A stretch of DNA of 26,274 nt from a virus. Taxonomy: Duplodnaviria; Caudoviricetes. The notes under the pieces were generated by a model. The model searched no databases. It was not told the DNA's origin and saw only the letters and a list, made by a program, of their open reading frames with translations. The stretch is from positions 1-26,274 of the IMG/VR virus record IMGVR_UViG_3300038808_000034. The stretch is one strand, 5' to 3'. Made by a program: the position numbers and the translations under genes. Positions 10,801-16,975 of this stretch are shown here, one piece after another. Position 1 is the first letter of the stretch, and each line of letters begins with the position of its first letter.

Positions 10801-13408
10801 GGCTGTGGCGAAACCGCTTTTCGAGGGCACGCTGCTGTGGGCGCGCGACATCGACGGCCAGCCCCTGACCACCGAAGCGCTCAACGCCAAGTACGCCAAG
10901 GCGACGGCGGACGAGAAGGCGCAGATTCTGTTGCGCACCGGCAAGATCCAGGACCAGATGTTGAAGGTGTGGCGCGGCCAGCCGCTGGACCGTTTTGAAA
11001 CCATCATCAACAACAAATTTGAGAGCACGATTCTCAAGCCTGGCGTAGTCTGGAGCGATTCGGAATTGAAATCCATATTCGGGCTGTCCGCTGACCAGGT
11101 GAGCCTGTATCGGGAGGCGCGGTCGGCCATCGACCGAAGCATCGACATGACAGCCCGCACCGACATGCTGCGCATGCTCGGCGAGGACTACGCGCCCATG
11201 CGGGATGCGGTGCTGGACCAGCAGAACCTGCAGGATGCCTTTGACCTGGTGGTGGAGACGTTGCAGGCTGACGCACGCGCCAACCCGGGCATGGCCGACC
11301 GGCTGCTGAGCATCAACAATTCCGTGGTCCAGCGCTTCGAGATGGCCAACGAGCTGACCAGCCATGGCTATGCGCCGTTGTCGCGTTTCGGCACGTACAC
11401 CGTGGACGTGGTGGACCAGGCCGGCGAGCGCCAGTATTTCGGCATGTTCGAGAGCAAGCGCGAGGCCAACCAGATGGCTCTCAAGATGCGGGACGTGTTC
11501 AAGGGTGCGGCCGTGACGCAGGGCACCATGAGCGAGCAGGCATTCAAGCTGTTTCAGGGCATCACCCCGGAAAGCCTGGAGCAGTTCGGCTCCATGCTTG
11601 GGCTCAAGAGCGACGGCAACGAGGCGAAGGACAAGGCATTCCAGGCCTACCTGCAGTTGGCCAAGAACAACCACAGCGCGCTCAAGCGCCTGATTCACCG
11701 CAAGGGCATCGATGGCTACAGCGAAGACGTGGGCCGCGTGCTCGCCAGCTTCGTCTACTCGAATGCCCGTCTGGGCTCCGGTGGGCTGAACGCCGGCACG
11801 ATGGAGAACGCCGTCGAGGCGATCCCCAGGGAAATGGGCGAGCTGCGCGATGTGGCCATGGGCCTGCGCAGCTACATCCAAGACCCGCAGGAAGAAGGGC
11901 AGGCGGTGCGCGGCCTGCTGTTCGCCCAGTACCTGGGAGGCTCGGTGGCTTCTGCCATGGTCAACATGACCCAGCCTTTCCAGATCACCATGCCTTGGCT
12001 GTCTCAGTTTGGCGGCATGCGCAAGGCCGCCAGCCAGATGGCGCGGGCCCTCAAGGACATGGGCACCAAGGGATTCAAGTACGAGCCCGACCTGGCCAAG
12101 GCCCTGCAGGATGCCGTGGACGATGGCACCGTGAGCCCGCAGGAAATCCACCAGTTGATGGCCCAGGCGCGCGGGACCGGATCGCTGCGCACGGGCGACG
12201 GTACCCGCCTGGGCGATGCCCGCGCCACGGCCGCCAACAACTGGGAGCGCGTGAAGGTGGCTTGGGGGCAGCCGTTCGCCCTGGCCGAGCAGTTCAACCG
12301 CCGCAGCACCTTCATCGCCGCGTACCGCACGGCGAAGGAGCAGGGCATGGCGAAGCCGGCCGAGTTCGCGCGCCAGGCTGTGCTCGAAACTCAGTTCCTC
12401 TATAGCAAGGCCAACAAGATGCGCTGGGCGCGCGGCGCGGTGGGCGGCACCCTTATGACGTTCAAGACCTATTCCGTCAGCTACCTGGAGTTGATGCACC
12501 GGATGTGGAACCAGGGCGAGCCGGGCAGCCCAGAGCGTGCGGCCGGCCGCCGCGCGGTGGGCTGGGCTTTGGCCATGCTGCTGCTGATGGCTGGCGCCGG
12601 GGGCCTGCCGTTCATGGAGGATGCCGAGGACCTGATCGACGGCGCCGGCCAGATGATGGGCTACAACGTCAGCGCCAAGCAGTGGCGCAAGGAGTTCCTG
12701 CAGAGCGTTGTCGGCAAGGAGCTGGCCGAGTTCATGGAGCAGGGTATGTCCGGGCTGCCCGGTGCACCTATCGACATCTCTGGCCGCCTGGGGCTGGGCA
12801 ATCTCATCCCCGGTACCGGCCTATTCCTGACAAAGCAGAACCGCGAGCGCGACCTGCTGGAGATCGCGGGGCCTGCCGGCGACCTGGTTGCCCGTGGCTT
12901 CACGGGCGCCCGCAAGGCGCTGACCGGGGACGTGGGCGGCGCAGCGATGGAGTTTTCGCCCACGGCTGTGCGCAATCTGGTGAAGGGGGCGGACATGGCT
13001 GCGACTGGCATGTACCGCGACCAGAAGGGCTACAAAGTGCTGGACACCACGCTCGCGGAAGCTGTGTCCAAGGCCATCGGCTTCCAGCCGAAGTCGGTCT
13101 CTGAGGTGCAGGAGGCCAACAGCTTCATGCTGCGCAGCAAGTCCTTCTACACGCAGACCTCCTCTGAGATCAAAGCCCAATGGGCGCAGGCGCTTTTTGA
13201 GCAGGATGAGGCTGCCCTGCAGCGTGTTCGTGACCGGGTTGCGGCCTGGAACCGCGACAACCCGGAGCAGCCCATCGTGGTCAAGATCCCCGATGTGATG
13301 AAGCGCGTGCGCGAAATGGGCAAGCCGCGCACAGATCGGATTGCCGATACCGCCCCCAAGGCATTGCGGCAACAGATGCGCGAAATGGCCCAAGAGGCGG
13401 GCCGCTGA
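1811..13408 (+). CDS. Giant polyvalent virion-associated protein, 3865 aa
   Basis: iPPase-like GNYRKGH..ISIENP..HYGY..GADKDHVDVF..FDEHK (~4340-4800); N6-MTase DFFPT/VLEPSAGMG/NPPF (~7841-8545); ART-PolyVal-like FRRWFGDSK..YHGT..GIY..GFDG..EYVAF (~8575-9035); zincin HEVLGHHG (~9380); PRTase LLLDDTLTQGGT (~10151); PLSRFG (~11375). Confidence 0.92.
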   Translation: MENPKTDTDWSNFTPADAGGKAVPTAGRATNWNDFKPLEEPPARGLKGWARDIGAGLVDTAIGVPEALVGLADIPTGGRVGKFLENEGGAVGLRFKDAREVTSKLYSDATQEAERMFQAADGLVDKAATAIQNPSVIAKSVGTSLGSMGLGGVAARGLLAAAPRIAPWVAGAAGEGATMAGSQAEQIRQETEDGLLTPSQVAAAVGTGVLGGAFSVAGGKVAQRLGIGDADTMMAQGLKGVDEQIAGKAAQAAANPLVAEAAVKSIPRKVIEGAIAEGFLEELPQSMAEQIFQNVALGKPWHEELDSAAVMGVLSGGTMGAGAAGFKGFRDASSREGDAAAPAPGDAAPAVSSAAPASPNAGLERVSNEFAARLKALQEQEQGEPMVPQAAPPDGAAALARQQAQAQAERDAQIAAGRAAEGPDDEIFQSTGATVQRPSEAMGLRPGPAAGALENAAALAVDTGASAQVQQATMLAQAAEEAKKAKPQQQREQQRTPQAPAVDPDTGEIAGMGMSGWSDADLSTAYRSAQSLEVRRQMAQELSRRRANREEAALQAELQAEQSAPDMPGEPDSGFASVQEDAGPVPERIEIQGAGETSPAAQPVAPGAKAEGANVATVAQLNRKQLADLSTDELHQLAGLLPAEHGRQKKIQKEIQTRADAAQTAINEGAKTNGTETPQAQQGSTQPPQAGTAPAGAVVQQAAGPESARAAPATVAQGLTNGAAPTPNAGAQAGAPVATKAQAQDNGLAQRAQLLAASERWTSMPAAERQTVAKAAKGLNAAARAGAHTRAWADLAPTVREKLAAAMPDAAAAPAAPAAPAAPAVTSAQAQAAPLPAAAAVNAAAQEAATSQANDLPEPTDAQKEAGNYRKGHVRLNGLDISIENPAGSRRRPEWPQLKHHYGYFKGSVGADKDHVDVFMTDRASDPDLPVFVVDQVNRDGSFDEHKVVLGAADEADARSTYLGNYEKGWTGLGAITQMTQEDFKAWVRDPAKTKRPAAKIDSAITVHASEEFPLQEAAASYSGISHQGTTRAKSDRAAFETFLTGQRDDGLSVAKTEAQRAAVEAEVQQLRKEYLQQYRMLMGVRSGTYSGFVAGRSGLNSKQAGKRNSSLDRAMERFASWESGANGRARRAALAARTPAEVQAERKAAAAARQEKDAARLAKDLALVGRVLDWKKGDRSEFAKGTTLVGVNKDRAGYPNSVLLEPTDGAPLVDNKFDLAGLLRRKGESVPESRQRVRELVDQVRAERGLNGSETAEVTPKRPRGVLAKKAAAEEAARANYFTPGNILKRYGGGFDRVVSYTPINADGAWSVNVREVEKTESGWDDVPGARERTHATPPAASELKAGPVDRIAATEPEAAQVEAGDAGQASVAEHTSSKTPTVDSHVDLMNRVRSGEASADEYRQSFARTDASQQAMTAELNTLKKDNLLRSGGYNFAQRYRNDKKDVIVQALVNRILDEYSLGRRYGSSSYVMSTSGLVAHREAQDAALRELVANTTDEDLQQHAQEVAAARAEAAGRKEAHAQTLANPQTLADFRAVMRHHIAKGESREEAFLRLTPEQRANFDALEAESTRETREQEKAKLRTKVAAAGQLTTGEVVETKHTKHGHDLFVVQLAERVSREDYETLNASAKRMGGSYSSYRGNGAVPGFQFRTREAADAFGKLVTGDSADAQAVAEARRDAFDDDRSQSAVERLRTMAHALHERADESLGRERKANTDRRARMAASADASARADKALAGTMENLAQAIEDGKAKFLDAVRQKLQVEFLASELRSAKDAQIRAKYRTYGEQERHRGEPMDAETVDFSTFPTYTAMRSDLASLGRQMLEVDGAKKLGARLMSVADDVSEAYTDWAKQNLRDVSHFGMDGGMAEFGSREEAERAIRRSGIADRAIVLPIKRGQNRVVLSPSEAMKRGLWNGDGDKRITLSSEFGAELVEAVGRRAGGAIRMPWVLEAAHAKRKRLHGMGIFTGSEYRAALREFAGIQEAIATPNKIKEMERAMVGRRADGLDFFPTSAEVVDSMLSAADIQPGMAVLEPSAGMGHIADAIREHAGVEPDVVEMSGERRELLEAKGYTLVGSDFTAMKPRAGFTYGDVFRDSDGTLGVMRGSRGMASGRVGFQPLDENGQPDAHIARWVNRDELVGVEQRDSDSGYDRIVMNPPFSKGRDIQHVRHAFDLLRPGGRLVAIMGEGAFFHSNKQAESFREWLETLGATSEKLPEGSFMDSTLPVNTGVSARMVVIDKPENLQEPQPEDAAFRRWFGDSKAVDSQGRPLVLYHGTDADITAFQQSENGESGAGIYATDDPDRASVYAGDGYGRGGNVMPIYMSIRNPATTADVEAARSTPAIEKLTDVAERGAAVQQALMAQGFDGVIGENPTEYVAFRPEQVKSAIGNDGNFDPTKADIRFRRAEAEGQGLTDGQMADLLRIMRPAPAAFSDAARAQAVGQVRETVDAIRKGWTNGPEVVVAFDMSDPAVPEAARRADLRQRSGGATGAPEGFYWRGKAYLLASKLNTPADAARVLHHEVLGHHGLRGMFGPELNKILQQVATMRQAEVAAKIAEYGLRGVTDLSRRHAAEEVLAEMAEKTPQLHFVRRAVAAIRNWLRANVPGFAGLKLSDADIIQAYILPARGFVERGQRAATDRIEPVFSRSDAPATTPDAIIGSTLGSASKHPDYAAAKAGDIEAAVRVAQSLVSPELVAQVKAVIGNTRPRIVPVVAEEAAGRNKIPLTAAEVLAGQLGLDVATSIVQANRAHRTGLDGLDRIFAPVDFAGAVVPGPYLLLDDTLTQGGTFAALASHIRDGGGEVVGVVALTGKQYSAKIQPSPETLTSLRQKHGDLEDQFRAATGYGFDALTESEARYLARYEPADRLRDRIAAEGRRAGERADQGDLGQADADDALSFSRSRLSAVKDSALDQITQTFSHPGKVSLWDKTVGTMRNLGERVPQFKPVFDAAQRFIDDVSMLANDAADFAPRLMPRVETLADLKKKPITAADNKAVAKPLFEGTLLWARDIDGQPLTTEALNAKYAKATADEKAQILLRTGKIQDQMLKVWRGQPLDRFETIINNKFESTILKPGVVWSDSELKSIFGLSADQVSLYREARSAIDRSIDMTARTDMLRMLGEDYAPMRDAVLDQQNLQDAFDLVVETLQADARANPGMADRLLSINNSVVQRFEMANELTSHGYAPLSRFGTYTVDVVDQAGERQYFGMFESKREANQMALKMRDVFKGAAVTQGTMSEQAFKLFQGITPESLEQFGSMLGLKSDGNEAKDKAFQAYLQLAKNNHSALKRLIHRKGIDGYSEDVGRVLASFVYSNARLGSGGLNAGTMENAVEAIPREMGELRDVAMGLRSYIQDPQEEGQAVRGLLFAQYLGGSVASAMVNMTQPFQITMPWLSQFGGMRKAASQMARALKDMGTKGFKYEPDLAKALQDAVDDGTVSPQEIHQLMAQARGTGSLRTGDGTRLGDARATAANNWERVKVAWGQPFALAEQFNRRSTFIAAYRTAKEQGMAKPAEFARQAVLETQFLYSKANKMRWARGAVGGTLMTFKTYSVSYLELMHRMWNQGEPGSPERAAGRRAVGWALAMLLLMAGAGGLPFMEDAEDLIDGAGQMMGYNVSAKQWRKEFLQSVVGKELAEFMEQGMSGLPGAPIDISGRLGLGNLIPGTGLFLTKQNRERDLLEIAGPAGDLVARGFTGARKALTGDVGGAAMEFSPTAVRNLVKGADMAATGMYRDQKGYKVLDTTLAEAVSKAIGFQPKSVSEVQEANSFMLRSKSFYTQTSSEIKAQWAQALFEQDEAALQRVRDRVAAWNRDNPEQPIVVKIPDVMKRVREMGKPRTDRIADTAPKALRQQMREMAQEAGR
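4242..4277 (+). repeat. In-frame tandem repeat (CTGCAGCAC)x4 encoding an Ala-Ala-Pro linker
   Basis: Four exact 9-bp copies. Confidence 0.9.
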
Positions 13409-13414
13409 CCCGGT

Positions 13415-13450
13415 ATAGGGTTCGACGGTGAGAGGGAGCCCCGGAAAACT
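13415..13450 (+). promoter_or_regulatory. Putative late promoter, copy 2 (ATAGGGTTCGAC-N18-AAAACT), upstream of the lysis cassette
   Basis: Identical 12-mer to 1769..1780. Confidence 0.55.
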
Positions 13451-13512
13451 CCGGGACATGTTTCAAAAACCCCTCCCGCTGGCCACCGTCAGCATCCAAG
13501 TACGGAGCTGAC

Positions 13513-13764
13513 ATGGACCGCGAAACCATTGTGCGAACCGCCCTCGTCGAAGGTGCGAAGGCCGCCCCTCCCGTCACCGTGGTGGCCAACAGTGTGGCCA
13601 ATGGCTGGACCATGACCCACACGGCCACCGCACTCACCATCATCTACGTGCTGCTGCAGGCCGTCTACCTGCTGTGGCGCTGGAGCAATGAGCGCGAGGA
13701 CCGCCGCGCCAAAAAGGCGCGCGATCTCATCGACCAGGCCGAAGCCTGCAAGGTCCTGCCATGA
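13513..13764 (+). CDS. Holin
   Basis: 83 aa; KAAPPV..TM..YVLLQAVYLLWRW then a charged tail; GGAG SD; ATGA overlap with the endolysin. Confidence 0.8.
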   Translation: MDRETIVRTALVEGAKAAPPVTVVANSVANGWTMTHTATALTIIYVLLQAVYLLWRWSNEREDRRAKKARDLIDQAEACKVLP

Positions 13765-14294
13765 GCCAGGTCCGCATGCCCGCTGCGTTGCTGCGCAAGG
13801 GCGCCATCCCCGCCGCCCTTCTGGCAGCCCTGACCAGCCCACTGGCATTCCAGACTCTGGAGCGCTGGGAGGGCAATGTGCTGCAGGTCTATGCTGACCA
13901 TCTGGCTGGCGGCCTGCCCACCTACTGCGCGGGCCGCACGGACCCGAGCGCCGTGGTGGGCACCAAGCTGACCAGCGACCAGTGCCAGGCCATCAACAAG
14001 ACCACGCTCCTCGAATATGGCTATGCCGTGCTGGGCTGCGTGAACTGGGACTACCTGACGGCGCGGCGCTTGATCGGCCTGACGGTGTTCGCCATCAACG
14101 TGGGCAAGGACGGGGCCTGCGGTTCGCAGGCGGTGCGCCAGATCAATGCGGGCAATCTGCGGGCTGGCTGCGACCTGATCGCGCGAACGCCGGATGGGCG
14201 GCCGAACTGGTCCTATGCGGGCGGTGTGTTTGTGCAGGGCCTGCAGAACCGGCGCCAAGCTGAGCGGGCGCTGTGCCTGGAGGCCCAGCCGTGA
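13761..14294 (+). CDS. Endolysin, GH24 lysozyme, probable SAR type
   Basis: Ala/Leu-rich N-terminal segment, then E-x8-D..PT (WEGNVLQVYADHLAGGLPT); C-terminal GLQNRRQAERALC. Confidence 0.92.
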   Translation: MSQVRMPAALLRKGAIPAALLAALTSPLAFQTLERWEGNVLQVYADHLAGGLPTYCAGRTDPSAVVGTKLTSDQCQAINKTTLLEYGYAVLGCVNWDYLTARRLIGLTVFAINVGKDGACGSQAVRQINAGNLRAGCDLIARTPDGRPNWSYAGGVFVQGLQNRRQAERALCLEAQP

Positions 14295-14803
14295 GCATCC
14301 GTGCTGCCACCCACCTGGCCGCCGCCGCCGTGGCCGCCGCGTTGGCATGGCAGTTCCAGGGCGCGCGCCTGGGCGCCGAGCTGGCCGAGGCCCGGCTGGA
14401 AACCACCATGGAGCGGCTGGCCACCAGCACCGCCCAGCGGGCAGCAGATGCCCGCGTGCGCCAGGCCGAGCAGGCCGTGGCCACCACCTACCAAGGAGCC
14501 CTGAACGATGCCCTCAAGAAGCAAACCGCGCTGCAGGCTGCTGCTGCTGGTGCTGGCCGCGAGCGTGACAGCCTGCGCAAGCAACTGTCCGCTGCCGAGC
14601 AGCGACTTGCCGACGCTTCCCCCGACGCCCTCATCGAGTACGCCAGCACCCTCAACGACCTATTCGGACAGTGCAGCAGCAGATACACGGAGCTGGCAGC
14701 AGCGGCTGACGGCCACGCAACTGATGCAGCTACCTGTCGCGCGGCCTGGCCCGTGATTCAAACACCGCGCCTGCCGGCCGCAGGCACCATCCCCAACCCC
14801 TGA
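14291..14803 (+). CDS. i-spanin (Rz-like)
   Basis: GTG start overlapping the endolysin stop; N-terminal TM, coiled coil, C-terminal ADGHATD..AWP. Confidence 0.85.
   Translation: MSIRAATHLAAAAVAAALAWQFQGARLGAELAEARLETTMERLATSTAQRAADARVRQAEQAVATTYQGALNDALKKQTALQAAAAGAGRERDSLRKQLSAAEQRLADASPDALIEYASTLNDLFGQCSSRYTELAAAADGHATDAATCRAAWPVIQTPRLPAAGTIPNP
14508..14756 (+). CDS. o-spanin (Rz1-like lipoprotein) embedded in the +1 frame of Rz
   Basis: AGGAG SD at 14494; basic n-region, LLLLVLAASVTA-C lipobox, Pro-rich mature part. Confidence 0.85.
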   Translation: MPSRSKPRCRLLLLVLAASVTACASNCPLPSSDLPTLPPTPSSSTPAPSTTYSDSAAADTRSWQQRLTATQLMQLPVARPGP

Positions 14804-14804
14804 C

Positions 14805-15203
14805 ATGGCATCCACCACCATCAAGTATTTCGCCCACGCTCACCTGCCTCCCAAGCTGCAGGCAGTGAGCAAGCCCGTGGGCCTGCTGGCCGAGCTGCTG
14901 GAAAAGCAGCTGCCCGATGGCCCCGAGAAAAGCGCCGGCATGCGCAAGCTGCTGGAGGCCAAGGACTGCTTTGTCCGCGTAGCTCTGGATATGCCCGAGC
15001 CGCTGGCCAGCACGCTGGCGCAGAAGAACGTGCTGGACCAGAAGATGGACTGCGACCAGGACATCAGCCGCCTGGACACGTTCATCCGCGAGAACGCCGC
15101 ATTGCCCGCGCTGCCCGCCGACGAGCAGGCCCGCCTGCGCCGACAGCTGGACGTGATGCACGAGCTGTCCACGATCCTGGGCGAGCGCATCGCCAATTTC
15201 TGA
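14805..15203 (+). CDS. Two-domain helical protein: Acb2/Tad1-hairpin-like domain plus crAss001_48-like domain (putative sponge fusion)
   Basis: N-domain YFAHAHLPPKLQ..LPDGPEKSAGMRKLLEAKDCFVR; C-domain ..EQARLRRQLDVMHELSTILGERIANF. The ORF is solid; family names are from recalled motifs. Confidence 0.6.
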   Translation: MASTTIKYFAHAHLPPKLQAVSKPVGLLAELLEKQLPDGPEKSAGMRKLLEAKDCFVRVALDMPEPLASTLAQKNVLDQKMDCDQDISRLDTFIRENAALPALPADEQARLRRQLDVMHELSTILGERIANF

Positions 15204-15248
15204 GCCAGCCGGCCCGCACCGGCCGGCCGCCGGACATCGGAGATACCT

Positions 15249-16100
15249 GTGAAATTCGCTTTCAATACCACCCCCAAGATGATCGCCACAGCCGTCGCGG
15301 TGCTGGGCGCCGTGCTGGCACTGGCCGCCTACAAGGTGGGAGCGTCCCCCAGTGGTGCCGCATTGCCCGTCTTCGTGGGCGTCTGCGCTTTCCTGGTCCT
15401 GCTGTTCTGCGCCACGCAGATTAACCTGGCGTTCCAGGTGCCCAGCCAGCCGGCGCCGCCTGAACCCCGCGAGCGCTCCCACCGTCAGGAGCTTGAGCTG
15501 GCCATGGCGCACGGCATGGGGGCATTGGTAGCCAATCCCGCTTACCCGGGCAAGCCCGTGGGCAACAACATCCGCGATGCGCTGGACGCGATGCTGGCGC
15601 AGTCGGCCCCTTCGTCAGTGGCCGAGCTGCGCTGGGGGATGAATGCTTACCCTGGCCGCGCCGACCAACACAAATGCCTGGTACATAGCGTGGTGGAATG
15701 CCCCTGTCAAAAGGCCAGCGACGATCTGATGCGCAGCGCTGGCTTCGAGGGCGAGCAGGCCCCAACCAGCAGCGGCCCGCGCGTGACGCCGGCGGACGTG
15801 GAAGCCGAGATCGCTCGTGAGCACTATTTCACCGCCGAGCAGGGCGCCAAGCATCCTGACGCAGTCGCAGAGCCCTACGACTTCGGCGATGTCTGGAAGA
15901 GCAGCAACCTGGGCGCCTTGACCTTCTGCGTGCTGGTCCTGAAGAACGGCACCAAGGTCGTGGGGATCAACTATGGCGCCATCGATTCCGCGCAACACAG
16001 TGCGGAGCGCGGCCGTGAAGAAGCACGCGCTCAGGCCGTGGAGAAGATTTGGGAGCTGCTGGGCTTCCGGCTGCGCGACAAGCTGGCAAAGCAGGCCTGA
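15249..16100 (+). CDS. 2-TM protein with C-terminal N4 Gp49/Sf6 gene 66 (Acb4-like) domain
   Basis: GGAG SD plus GTG; two hydrophobic helices; 15774..16100 PRVTPADVEAEI..EHYFTA..LTFCVLVLKNG..KIWELLGFRLRDKL. Confidence 0.8.
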   Translation: MKFAFNTTPKMIATAVAVLGAVLALAAYKVGASPSGAALPVFVGVCAFLVLLFCATQINLAFQVPSQPAPPEPRERSHRQELELAMAHGMGALVANPAYPGKPVGNNIRDALDAMLAQSAPSSVAELRWGMNAYPGRADQHKCLVHSVVECPCQKASDDLMRSAGFEGEQAPTSSGPRVTPADVEAEIAREHYFTAEQGAKHPDAVAEPYDFGDVWKSSNLGALTFCVLVLKNGTKVVGINYGAIDSAQHSAERGREEARAQAVEKIWELLGFRLRDKLAKQA

Positions 16101-16194
16101 CAGGCCGTCATCCATGAAAAGTCAGGGAGATCGAAGATCCTGTCACAGTGCCAATGTCGGCTGGCGTGTAGCGCATACGCATGACACCACGCAT

Positions 16195-16233
16195 AAAAAA
16201 GGAAAAGGCCGGCGATCAGCCGGCCTTTTCGTT
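16195..16233. terminator. Bidirectional intrinsic terminator
   Basis: GAAAAGGCCGGC-GATCA-GCCGGCCTTTTC with a flanking A6 run, between convergent genes. Confidence 0.85.
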
Positions 16234-16241
16234 AAATGCGC

Positions 16242-16406
16242 CTATTCAGACTGCACAGGACTGGGCGCGGAACCACCTACGTCCAGTGATACAGACCCAA
16301 AAACAGCAACAGTCAAGACCGCAGGAAGGAGTAGTTTGTAGGACCACTTTGACTTAATTTCAGCTTGCAACTGAACCTTGCCGTGGAGGTGAGCCTTAGC
16401 GTTCAT
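16242..16406 (-). CDS. Small protein (54 aa) with one hydrophobic segment
   Basis: Very strong SD AAGGAGAAGGAGGT before ATG at 16406; LLLPAVLTVAVFGSVSL; terminator downstream. Confidence 0.55.
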   Translation of the reverse strand: MNAKAHLHGKVQLQAEIKSKWSYKLLLPAVLTVAVFGSVSLDVGGSAPSPVQSE

Positions 16407-16705
16407 GGTGACCTCCTTCTCCTTAATAGTCTTAGTGAAATGCTCGTTGGAATGATCAGGCGGATTCGAACCGCCAAACTCTGACAACTTCGAGTGCGTG
16501 GGTTGGTAGGCCTTGCAGTCTTGGGTGCTGAGAGTCTTTCCCACTCCTATGTAGTCTTTTCTAAGCGCTCAGTGATTGTAGCGCAAGCCATGGATCCGTA
16601 GAAAACGGATGCCTTGCAAAGCGCAAAGGCTTCAAAATGGTGCCGACGAGCGGATCGCTGTCATAGACCAGAAGGCCCAATACACGATTAGGCCGCCTGG
16701 GCCCA

Positions 16706-16813
16706 ATCGAGGTCCTGGCAGAGCGCGGTGCAGATATCACGCGAGCGGCTGATGGTCACGCCGCTGACGCCGCGCTAATGAAGGACGCGTGGCCAATGGT
16801 GAAGCTGTGGTAG
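16706..16813 (+). pseudogene. Remnant of an Rz (i-spanin) C-terminus
   Basis: Translates IEVLAERGADITRAADGHAADAALMKDAWPMVKLW*, matching AAADGHATDAATCRAAWP of the intact Rz; in-frame stop upstream and no start. Confidence 0.75.
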
Positions 16814-16975
16814 TAAAGCGTGTCGACCTGTCCTGATTGCTGACGACGTCGTTCGGTGGCAGCAGGACTGCATGTTTAGAGTTTAATTGATGACGTTTCT
16901 AACGAATAAGAATTTTCTACAAACACAGGGTAATTCTGAGTTATATTCTGGGAGACTACAATCAGAGGTTTAAAT

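Noticed and set aside
8042-12499. 1485-aa minus-strand ORF (also 1544..3097, 1666..3510, 4313..6028)
   Set aside because: Antisense shadows of the GC-biased giant gene; no motifs and atypical composition
14273-14290. ORF-track start for Rz at 14273
   Set aside because: GTG at 14291 overlapping the endolysin stop fits translational coupling and TM position better
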